Assembly: GCA_030549895.1 (NCBI GenBank)
Contig: JAUQQM010000001.1
Location: forward strand, 117,624 to 181,623
Source: Patescibacteria group bacterium
GTDB taxonomy: Bacteria > Patescibacteriota > Minisyncoccia > UBA6257 > HR35
Reading direction: 5' to 3'
DNA length: 64,000 nt
This document shows positions 43,762-52,441 of this stretch, piece by piece. Position 1 is the first letter of the stretch. Each line of letters starts with the position of its first letter. The notes under the pieces were generated by a model, which saw only the letters and a list, made by a program, of their open reading frames with translations, was not told where the DNA came from and searched no databases. The translations under genes were made by a program, and so were the position numbers.

Positions 43762-44301
43762 AATTAAATAAAAAATAATATGCTAGAACTTAATCTTGAG
43801 GAATTAAGAAAAAAATATAAAAAGATTAAAAGTTATTGCTTAATAACTTTGCTTGATTAAATTTTGAGGGAGCTATAGGAAAATAATTATAGTTAATTTT
43901 GAAAGCGCCGAAAGTTATAAAATTTTTATTTATGAGATAATTAAAAGCTAATAAGTTTGAGAACTTTTTTAATTTGCAATTAGAAGCTAGAAAAATTAAA
44001 GTTACTTGAGGAAATTTTAAATTTTAGTTATAAATTATGGCTGAAGATTCTGAATCTTTTTATCAGTAAGAAAATTTTGCAAACTTTTCAAGAGAAATAA
44101 ATTTTATTTCACTAGAAAGAGGGCTTTTAAAACTGCTAAATTAGATGAAATTTTTTTAAGATGACTAAAACTAAGGTAAATTATCTTTTAAATTTCATTT
44201 TTAATTAGGGGAATAAAGAGGATATAGCAAAAAATTCAAGAACATTTCTGATAGTTAGAAAGAGACTTGATTTTTATTAATTTTTAGTTTATAATTCAAA
44301 G

Positions 44302-45738
44302 ATGTTTCCTGAAAATTACAAAAATTTTTCAAAAGAAGAAGAAAGTATAATTAGAGAAAAAATTCTGGAATTTATAGGAGAGAATGAAGAAAATTTAGTT
44401 GATTACTTTTTATATTTTTCTAAGGATTTAAGAAAGGGGTTTTATGGTTTACCCATTTATGATCTTAAATTTTTACGGGATTTTTTTATAAATAAACACA
44501 GAAGCTCTAAATCAAAAAAATTTTTTAAACACTTAAATGACCTTAAAAATATTCTTGATGATTCGCAAACAAGAGAATTTTACAATTTTATTCAAAAAGA
44601 ATTTCCGAAAAATGGGCTAGGAATTTTATTAGAGGTTATAAATGAAGAAATTGAAAATAACGATGAGCAAAAGTATATAGATAGTTTAAGAAAGATTGAA
44701 AGATCAGTGCAAGGTTTAATAAAAAGAGGCAAAAACTATGATCTTTATAGCATAATTGAAGATTATAGTCTTTTTGGAAGGAAAATTCTTTGGACATTGT
44801 TTATGAAGTATAAAGAAATTTATGAGGATAAAATACTAAAAGGAAGAGGATATTTACCTGATGAAGTAGTAGAGAGATTAGATGATTATTTTAAGTCTAT
44901 AAAAAAATTAAAAAATTACAAAGAAGAAGTAAAGAAATTGATTGGAAACGATATGATTGATCCGACAAAAATTTTTGCTTCAAATGTTTCTTTTTTTGGA
45001 ATTTTTCTTAGTTTCTTTGGGAGAATAAATGAAAGTAATTATTCTTGTTTAAGTGATAAAGATTATATAAAAGGCTATCTTACACAACATATTAAAGAAA
45101 AAGAGATTAATAAAAATACTTTTATCAGTGAATTAGCTGAATGCTTAAAGACAGTTCTTTTTAATAAGTATCTTGAAAAATTTTTGACTGTAAGAACTTC
45201 TTTTTATGATGATTTTTTTCATGGAGTTGATAATATAATTGTTGACCTAGAAGGAGGGGATAAAGTTTTGGGAATAGATGTGACAATTAATTTAGAAAAG
45301 AAAATAAAAAAACTTGCAGAAAAAAACAAAAGGATACAAGTGCTTAGACAAGAAGGAATTCAAAAGAAAAAAGAAGATATAAATGAAATTCTTTCCCGCC
45401 CTGATTGGAGACTTTTAAGGTTTGATTTTAATTTAAATTTTGACTCTAATTTGAAGAAATATAAATGTGTAGTTATTAATGAAGTTAAAATTAACAATTC
45501 CTTCCCTGTAGTTATTATTCCAATTTCTCTTGAAGATATTTTAGAAATTTTAGAAGAGCTTAAAAGCAGAAAGTTTGATTATAAAAAATACTCAGATGTT
45601 GAAAAAAGTATTACGAAGAAAATTATTAATTCTGTTGTTTTGCAGCTTGAAATAAAATTAAAAAATGAAAATTTACCCAATAGTCAAAAACTAAAGAGTA
45701 TAATTGAAAAATTTGAAAATTCTTTGAAGTCTCTCTAA
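44302..45738 (+). CDS. Hypothetical protein (478 aa)
   Basis: A long ORF sits 6 nt downstream of a TATAAT box (44290-44295). I see no recognisable motif. Confidence 0.55.
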   Translation: MFPENYKNFSKEEESIIREKILEFIGENEENLVDYFLYFSKDLRKGFYGLPIYDLKFLRDFFINKHRSSKSKKFFKHLNDLKNILDDSQTREFYNFIQKEFPKNGLGILLEVINEEIENNDEQKYIDSLRKIERSVQGLIKRGKNYDLYSIIEDYSLFGRKILWTLFMKYKEIYEDKILKGRGYLPDEVVERLDDYFKSIKKLKNYKEEVKKLIGNDMIDPTKIFASNVSFFGIFLSFFGRINESNYSCLSDKDYIKGYLTQHIKEKEINKNTFISELAECLKTVLFNKYLEKFLTVRTSFYDDFFHGVDNIIVDLEGGDKVLGIDVTINLEKKIKKLAEKNKRIQVLRQEGIQKKKEDINEILSRPDWRLLRFDFNLNFDSNLKKYKCVVINEVKINNSFPVVIIPISLEDILEILEELKSRKFDYKKYSDVEKSITKKIINSVVLQLEIKLKNENLPNSQKLKSIIEKFENSLKSL

Positions 45739-45758
45739 CTTGTTGTATAATTTTAAGT

Positions 45759-46313
45759 ATGGTTGAAGGTTTAATAAAGGAGTTTGAAGCTAAATTAAAT
45801 GATTTAAAAAAAGAACTACAGGAAAAAATTTCTAAAGTTAATATTTCAAGAGGTGGATTTTCAATGATAGAGAATTACTTAATAAAAATAGGAGAAAAAA
45901 CTTATCCACTCAAACAGTTAGCCAATATAGTTATTTTAGATAGCTATTCGATAAAAATTGAACCCTACCTTCAAGATTATGTTCCTTTTATTGAGAATGC
46001 ACTTTCGAAAAGTAATTTAAATTTTACTTTAACTAAAGAAAAAGACCATCTTCATCTTAAATTTTCACCTCTAACAGAGGAAACACGCAAGAAATTTTTA
46101 AAGATTCTTTCTGAGGAGAAAGAAAGAATTAAGATAGAATCAAGAAAAGTAAGGGATAATTTTTTAAAAAAGCTTAAAAATGCAAAAGAGGAGAAAAAAA
46201 TAAGTGATGACCAGTTTTTTAGAGGTAAAGAAAAACTTGATAAACTTATTGATGATTTTAATAAAGAAGTTGATAAAGTTTACCTTCAAAAAGAAAAAGA
46301 GATTTTATTATAA
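45759..46313 (+). CDS. frr: Ribosome recycling factor
   Basis: At 184 aa it shows the RRF pattern: NISRGGFSMIENYLI, PLTEETRKKFLK and ISDDQFFRGKEKLDKLIDDFNKEVD. Confidence 0.85.
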   Translation: MVEGLIKEFEAKLNDLKKELQEKISKVNISRGGFSMIENYLIKIGEKTYPLKQLANIVILDSYSIKIEPYLQDYVPFIENALSKSNLNFTLTKEKDHLHLKFSPLTEETRKKFLKILSEEKERIKIESRKVRDNFLKKLKNAKEEKKISDDQFFRGKEKLDKLIDDFNKEVDKVYLQKEKEILL

Positions 46314-47341
46314 TGATTATTCTTTTTATTTTTTTAATTGGAATTCTAATTTTGATTCATGAATTTGGTCATTTTTTATTTGCTAAAATTTTAAAAGTAA
46401 GGGTTGAAGAGTTTGGTATTGGTTTTCCTCCAAGAATTTTTAAAAAAAGGAAAGGCGAGACAATATTTTCTTTTAACTTAATTCCTTTAGGTGGCTTTGT
46501 AAAACTTTATGGTGAAGAAGAAAAAAAAGGAGTTTCTTATAGTTTTTCTGATAAAAGCCCCGTTGAAAGGATGTTGATTATAGTTGCTGGAGTTATTTTA
46601 AATATTTTTCTTGCTTATTTTATTTTCAGTTTAGTGAGTTTTTTAGGAATTTCTAAACCTATTTTTGATGAAAGGCCGGGACAAATAATGATTTTTGAAG
46701 TAAGCAAAAATTCACCAGCTTATTTTGCTGGTTTGCGTCAAGGTGATTTTATTTTAAATTTTAACCAAATAACTGATTTTCAAAGATTTGTAAAAGAAAA
46801 TTTAGGTAAGGATATAGAACTTCTTATAAAAAGAAAAAATCAAGTTTTCAAAATTGTTGTCGCTCCAAGAAAAGAATATCCTAAAAATGAAGGACCTCTT
46901 GGGGTAGCAATTTATAAAGTTGAGTATATAAAAAAGAATTTTGGAGAAAATTTTGTCTATGCAGGTAAAATAACAATTAGTTTTTTAGGTGAGATGATCG
47001 CTAAGCTTTTTCAGATTTTTAAAAATTTGCTAGTTAAAAAAGAAGTTCCTAAAGATGTTGTTGGTCCAGTAGGAATTTTTCATCTTCTTTTTCAGCTTCA
47101 AAGTTTTGGTCTTAATTATATTCTTTTTGTTTTTGGTATTATTTCTTTAAATTTAGCTTTGATTAATATTTTACCTTTCCCAGCTCTTGATGGTGGAAGA
47201 TTTTTATTTGTTTTTATCGAATTTTTAACTGGTAAGCAAGTAAACAAAAAAGTTGAAGAAGTAATTCATGCAGCTGGTTTTATAATTTTAATTTTCCTTG
47301 CTCTTATAGTGACAATTAAAGATTTAAGAATGATCTTTTAA
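46313..47341 (+). CDS. rseP: Site-2 protease RseP/M50 family zinc metalloprotease
   Basis: It has HEFGHFLFAK, a PDZ-like segment and the C-terminal NILPFPALDGG motif. Confidence 0.85.
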   Translation: MIILFIFLIGILILIHEFGHFLFAKILKVRVEEFGIGFPPRIFKKRKGETIFSFNLIPLGGFVKLYGEEEKKGVSYSFSDKSPVERMLIIVAGVILNIFLAYFIFSLVSFLGISKPIFDERPGQIMIFEVSKNSPAYFAGLRQGDFILNFNQITDFQRFVKENLGKDIELLIKRKNQVFKIVVAPRKEYPKNEGPLGVAIYKVEYIKKNFGENFVYAGKITISFLGEMIAKLFQIFKNLLVKKEVPKDVVGPVGIFHLLFQLQSFGLNYILFVFGIISLNLALINILPFPALDGGRFLFVFIEFLTGKQVNKKVEEVIHAAGFIILIFLALIVTIKDLRMIF

Positions 47342-47342
47342 T

Positions 47343-48578
47343 ATGTTTCAGTCAAAACTTTTTTATAAAGCAAAAAAAGAATTTCCTAAAGATGAAGAAT
47401 CAATAAATGCAAAATATCTTATAAGGGCTGGTTTTATTGAAAAACTTTCTTCTGGTGTTTATGAATTTTTGCCACTTGGTTTTAGAGTGTTAGAAAAAAT
47501 TACTGACTTAGTTAGAAAAGAAATGCTTTCTTTGAATGCTCAAGAATTACTTCTTCCTGCCTTGCATCCAAAAGAAAATTGGTTAGCTACTCAAAGATGG
47601 GAAAAGTTTGATGCGCTATTTAAGCTAAAATCAAGAACTGGTAGTGAGTATGCTCTTGGCCCGACTCATGAAGAGATTATCTTTCCTTTAGTAAAAGAAA
47701 TGATAAGTTCTTATAAGGATTTGCCTCTTGCTCTTTTTCAAATTCAAACAAAATTTAGAGATGAACTTAGAGCGAAAGCTGGGCTTTTAAGAGGAAGGGA
47801 ATTTTTAATGAAAGATCTTTATAGTTTTCATAAAACAAATGAGGAAGTTGAAAAATTTAAAGAGAAAGTTGATAGAGCATATCTTAGAATATTTAAAGTT
47901 CTAGGGCTGAAAGTTTATAAAACTTTTGCTAGTGGTGGAACTTTTAGTAAATATTCAACAGAATTTCAGGTGCCGACAGAATTTGGCGAAGATGAAATTT
48001 TAATATGTTCTAATTGCAAAGTTGCTTGGAATAAGGAAATTAAAAGCGATAGAATTTGTAATTTTTGTAAAGAAATATTGACTGACCATAAAGCGATAGA
48101 AGTTGGTAATACTTTTAATTTGGGTGATTCTTTTTCAAAAAGTTTTGATTTGAAATTTAAAGATAAAGATGGTAAAGAAAAATATGTTTTTGCTGGATGT
48201 TATGGTTTAGGCATTTCTAGATTGATGGGTGCTATTGTTGAAGTTTTTCATGACGATCGTGGCATAATTTGGCCAGAAAAAGTAGCTCCTTTTACTTTTC
48301 ATATTTTGATTTTGAAAAAGAAAGTAAACTTAAGTGAAGTAGAATCAATAGTGAAGATAATTGAAAAATTAAAAAAAGACTATCTTCTCGATGAAAGAAA
48401 TATTAGTTTTGGACAAAAGTTAGTTGAGAGTGATTTAATTGGTATTCCTTATAGACTAGTTTTAAGCGAAAGACTTAAAAATATGATAGAATTTAAAGAA
48501 AGAAAAAGTGAAAAGGTAAAATTGTTGAAAATTTCTGAATTGTTTAAATTTTTAAAGGAAAAATTAAAAATAAAGTGA
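47343..48578 (+). CDS. proS: Prolyl-tRNA synthetase, short form lacking the INS editing domain
   Basis: It shows a bacterial-type ProRS N-terminus (YLIRAGFIEKLSSGVYEFLPLG), class II motifs and an anticodon-binding tail. At only 411 aa, it has a CxxC-x16-CxxC element where the INS editing domain normally sits. Confidence 0.8.
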   Translation: MFQSKLFYKAKKEFPKDEESINAKYLIRAGFIEKLSSGVYEFLPLGFRVLEKITDLVRKEMLSLNAQELLLPALHPKENWLATQRWEKFDALFKLKSRTGSEYALGPTHEEIIFPLVKEMISSYKDLPLALFQIQTKFRDELRAKAGLLRGREFLMKDLYSFHKTNEEVEKFKEKVDRAYLRIFKVLGLKVYKTFASGGTFSKYSTEFQVPTEFGEDEILICSNCKVAWNKEIKSDRICNFCKEILTDHKAIEVGNTFNLGDSFSKSFDLKFKDKDGKEKYVFAGCYGLGISRLMGAIVEVFHDDRGIIWPEKVAPFTFHILILKKKVNLSEVESIVKIIEKLKKDYLLDERNISFGQKLVESDLIGIPYRLVLSERLKNMIEFKERKSEKVKLLKISELFKFLKEKLKIK

Positions 48579-49597
48579 ATATGTTTTGGAAAAAGTTATT
48601 AGCCAAAACAAAAATAGGAATAGATTTAGGAACATCCAATACTTTAGTTTATGTTAGTGGCAAAGGTATAAAAATTAGTGAGCCATCTGTGGTTGCTTTA
48701 AGAAAAACTACTAATGAAGTTATTGCTTTTGGAAAAGACGCTAAAAAAATGATTGGAAGAACTCCGCCAAGTATTGTTGCCATAAAACCACTTGTAAATG
48801 GAGTTGTTTCTGATTTTGAAGCAACAACCTGGATTTTTAAGATAATAACTCAAAGATTTTCTTCACCGTTTAAGACATTTCTTTTTGTCATTGCTATACC
48901 GCCAGAAATTACTGAAGTTCAGAAAAAAGCAGTTATTGATGCAGCAAAAAATGCAGGTGCAGCAGAAGTCTATCTTATAGTTCAAAATATTGCTTCAGCT
49001 ATAGGTGCCAATATTGATATTGAGCAAGCAAAAGGAGTTCTTTTAGTTGATGTTGGCGGTGGAACAACAGACATTGGCGTTATTTCTCTTGGTGGTCTTG
49101 TTCTTTGTAAAACTATTAAAATAGCTGGCGAGAGATTTGATGAAGATATTGTAAATTATGCTCGAGATCAATTAAAGCTTGTCATTTCCACTGAAATGGC
49201 TGAAGAAGCAAAAATAAGCATTTTTTCCTTAACAAATGAGGATAGTGGCAAAAACTTTACTCTTAAAGGTAGAGATGTTTTTTCTGGTCTACCAAAAGAA
49301 GTAAATATTACCTCATCTCAGATAAAAGAGGCTGTAAAAGATTCAATAGAAATTATTGTTTCAAATGTAAAAGATATTATTGAAATATCTCCTCCAGAAA
49401 TTATTAGCGATATTTTAGCTCAGGGTATTTATCTTTCTGGTGGAGGGGCTTTAATTAGAAATCTTTGTTCTGAACTTGAAAAAGGAACTGGTCTTAAAGT
49501 TACTTTAGTTGAAAATCCTCTTACTTCTACCATTGATGGTATTGGAAAAGTTATAGAAAACTTTAATTATTATAAAAAATATCTTGAGACATTATGA
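48575..49597 (+). CDS. mreB: Rod-shape protein MreB
   Basis: It has the actin-fold motifs IGIDLGTSNT and DVGGGTTD. The true start may be the ATG at 48581. Confidence 0.9.
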   Translation: MNMFWKKLLAKTKIGIDLGTSNTLVYVSGKGIKISEPSVVALRKTTNEVIAFGKDAKKMIGRTPPSIVAIKPLVNGVVSDFEATTWIFKIITQRFSSPFKTFLFVIAIPPEITEVQKKAVIDAAKNAGAAEVYLIVQNIASAIGANIDIEQAKGVLLVDVGGGTTDIGVISLGGLVLCKTIKIAGERFDEDIVNYARDQLKLVISTEMAEEAKISIFSLTNEDSGKNFTLKGRDVFSGLPKEVNITSSQIKEAVKDSIEIIVSNVKDIIEISPPEIISDILAQGIYLSGGGALIRNLCSELEKGTGLKVTLVENPLTSTIDGIGKVIENFNYYKKYLETL

Positions 49598-50283
49598 AGT
49601 TTTTTAAAAAAATTTTTATCCTTGGAGTTTTAGCTTTTTTTCTTTTACTTTTTTCGTTAAAAGTCGATGCTGTGGCACTTAATAGTCGAACAAAAGTTTT
49701 TACTGATATTTTTAGTTTTCTAGATTTTTTAAAATATTCAATTTTAAATTTAGAATTTAAAGATTCTGAAAAAGAAAAAATTTTTAGCTTTCTCGAGCAG
49801 CTTCAAAGAGAAAAAGAAAAGATATCAGATTCTTTTAAAGAAAAGTTTAAAAACTTTAAAATTTTAGAGATAAGCTGGGTTAACAATAAAGGAGAAATTT
49901 ATGTAAAAAACGATATTTTTCCTGGTTATGTTTTTTCTTCTGACTTTACGTTAGTTGGGAAGGTTTTTGATTTTAATACTTCATCAAGAAAGATAAAATC
50001 TCTTTTAGAGCCAAATTTTGAATTTAATATAGCTAAAGAAGGAGAGTTTTTAGGACTAGCTAAAACTTTAGGTTTTGGCCTTTTGGAGATAAATCTTAGC
50101 AAAGAAAAAACTTTACCAGAAGGAGAAATTATCTTTACTGGGGGTAAAGATAATGTTTTTGAGCCAGGTTTTGTTATCGGAAAAGTTGTCAAAAAAATAG
50201 AAAGCGCAGTTGAAGAAAAATTGATAATAAAGATATTTTTTGAGCCGACAAAGACACACTATTTAGTTTTAGTTCCAGAATGA
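49594..50283 (+). CDS. mreC: Rod-shape protein MreC
   Basis: It has an N-terminal TM helix, a coiled coil and a beta-rich C-terminal domain. It sits between mreB and mreD with ATGA overlaps. Confidence 0.65.
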   Translation: MKFFKKIFILGVLAFFLLLFSLKVDAVALNSRTKVFTDIFSFLDFLKYSILNLEFKDSEKEKIFSFLEQLQREKEKISDSFKEKFKNFKILEISWVNNKGEIYVKNDIFPGYVFSSDFTLVGKVFDFNTSSRKIKSLLEPNFEFNIAKEGEFLGLAKTLGFGLLEINLSKEKTLPEGEIIFTGGKDNVFEPGFVIGKVVKKIESAVEEKLIIKIFFEPTKTHYLVLVPE

Positions 50284-50672
50284 TTCTTTTACCAATTTTT
50301 CTTCAAGCTCTCTTTTATAGATATTTTTTCTTTCTTTTATTTTTTAATCTTTCTCTTTTTTTAAAAGATAATAAACTTTTAAGGACTTCTTTTTTGAGTT
50401 CTTTGATATTTGATTTTTTAAATGGTAATTTTTTAGGTTTTAGCATTTTATTTTTAATTTTTGATTATTTCTTTTTTTTGATTTTGAATAAATTTTTTTT
50501 AAAAACTATAAGTCTTTTTTTTGTCTTTAATTTAATTTGTGTATTTTTATTCTCCTATTTAGCCTATAGTTTATTTAGTAAGTTTGGGTCATTTTTATTT
50601 ATAACTTTTTTTCTAAAAAATCTTCTCTTGGTTATAATATTTACAATATACTATGCGAGAGCAAGAACTTGA
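50280..50672 (+). CDS. mreD: Rod-shape protein MreD-like membrane protein
   Basis: This 130-aa polytopic hydrophobic protein sits in the canonical position after mreC. Confidence 0.5.
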   Translation: MILLPIFLQALFYRYFFFLLFFNLSLFLKDNKLLRTSFLSSLIFDFLNGNFLGFSILFLIFDYFFFLILNKFFLKTISLFFVFNLICVFLFSYLAYSLFSKFGSFLFITFFLKNLLLVIIFTIYYARART

Positions 50673-52434
50673 GGATTTTTATCAGTTAAATTCAAGCTAC
50701 TACTTAAAAATTCAAGAAAGGCCACCTAAAAGTAATTTAATTGATTTTCTTTTTTATTTTTTTGTTTTGGTTTTAATTGTTTTAGGTATAAAGCTTACAG
50801 TTTTTGATTATAACTTTTTTAAGTCAATTTCTGAAGGGAATTACTATTATAATATTTTATTTTTCCCACCAAGAGGAAATATTTTTACCTCGGATGGTAA
50901 AGTTATAGCTCAAAATATTCCAAGTTTTGATTTAGTGATTGATCTTGTTTTAATGAGAAAAGATAAAAATCTTTTTAACCAGACTATCGAATTTTTAGAA
51001 AAAGTAGAAATTGTTCCTAATGTTATAACAAAAGAAAAAATAGAAGAAGAACTTACAAAGAAAAATCAAATTTTAATAAGGAATATTGATCAGGCAACCG
51101 GGATAGTTATTAAAAACAGAGACTTACCTAGCCTTATTGTTGTTGACAGTTTTCAAAGGTTTTATCCTTATAGCGAAGTCTTTTCTCATCTTCTTGGTTA
51201 TCCATCTTTTGAGAAAAATTTAAGAGGTGTTAGCGGTCTTGAAAGAACTTATGATGATTATCTTGTTGGTGAGATAGGATTTAAAAAATACTTAAGAGAT
51301 GCAAGAGGCGTTATTTTAAAAGAGGTTGAAAAGAAAGAGGCTTTAGAGGGTAAAAACTTAATTACTACCATAGATTTTAAACTTCAGAATTTAGTTTTTA
51401 AAAAGATAAAAGAAAATTTAGAAAAGCTTAATTTGAAAAAAGCAGCTGCTTTGTTTATTGATGATCAAGGCAAAATTTTAGCAATGGCAAGCTTTCCTTC
51501 TTTTGATAATAACATTTTTACTAAAACTATTTTAAGTAAAGAAGAAAAAGAAAAGATAAAGAAAATTCTTGAAGATAAGAATTCAGTACTTTTAAATAGA
51601 GTTATAAGTGGACTTTATGCACCAGGTTCTATTGTTAAACCCGTTGTAGCTATTGCCGGTCTAGAAAACAAAAAAATTACTCCTCAAGAAGAAATTTATT
51701 CTCCTGGATATTTACGAGTTCAAAATCCTTATACTAAAGAAGTTTTCTTGTTTAAAGATTGGAAAGTTCATGGTTGGACAAATCTTTTCAAGGCTATAAG
51801 AGACTCGGTAAACGTTTATTTTTATACTTTAGGAGAAAGAATTGGATACGAGACATTAATGAATTATTATGAGAAATTAGACTTTAATAAACTATCTAAC
51901 ATTGATACTTTTGGAGAAAAAGAAGGAATTTTAAAAAGAAAAGAAAAATATTTTTTAGGCGATATTTATAACATTTCTATAGGTCAAGGAGAAATAGCTA
52001 TCACTCCTTTAAGAATGGCTCTTCTTGCTCAGGCTCTAGGTCTTAATAAAATTTTAAAGCCATATTTAGTTGAAAAAATAATAGATTCAAATGGCAAGGT
52101 TATTTTTGAAAATAAACCTCAAGTTATAAAAGAAAATATCTTTCAACAAGAAGAACTGAGAATAGTTCAAAAAGCAATGAATGAAATGGCTACTTTTGGT
52201 TTTGGTGGACTTTTTAAAGATCTTCCTTTAAAAGTTGCCGGCAAAACTGGAACTCCAGAGGTGAGTAAGAATGTCTTTAATGGTATTTTTATTGGTTATT
52301 TTCCTTATGAAAAGCCAAAATATTTTTTTGTCATGTTAGTTGAAGAAGCGCCACTTTTTTCAATTACAGCTTCAAGAATTTTACATGATATTTTAAAAGA
52401 TGGAATTGAGATGGGAATTTTCAAAGATTTATAA
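50653..52434 (+). CDS. mrdA: Penicillin-binding protein 2 (elongation transpeptidase)
   Basis: It has an N-terminal anchor and a PBP dimerisation domain, plus transpeptidase motifs SIVK (SxxK), SVN and KTGT. Confidence 0.85.
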   Translation: MREQELEDFYQLNSSYYLKIQERPPKSNLIDFLFYFFVLVLIVLGIKLTVFDYNFFKSISEGNYYYNILFFPPRGNIFTSDGKVIAQNIPSFDLVIDLVLMRKDKNLFNQTIEFLEKVEIVPNVITKEKIEEELTKKNQILIRNIDQATGIVIKNRDLPSLIVVDSFQRFYPYSEVFSHLLGYPSFEKNLRGVSGLERTYDDYLVGEIGFKKYLRDARGVILKEVEKKEALEGKNLITTIDFKLQNLVFKKIKENLEKLNLKKAAALFIDDQGKILAMASFPSFDNNIFTKTILSKEEKEKIKKILEDKNSVLLNRVISGLYAPGSIVKPVVAIAGLENKKITPQEEIYSPGYLRVQNPYTKEVFLFKDWKVHGWTNLFKAIRDSVNVYFYTLGERIGYETLMNYYEKLDFNKLSNIDTFGEKEGILKRKEKYFLGDIYNISIGQGEIAITPLRMALLAQALGLNKILKPYLVEKIIDSNGKVIFENKPQVIKENIFQQEELRIVQKAMNEMATFGFGGLFKDLPLKVAGKTGTPEVSKNVFNGIFIGYFPYEKPKYFFVMLVEEAPLFSITASRILHDILKDGIEMGIFKDL

Positions 52435-52441
52435 TTAATTT

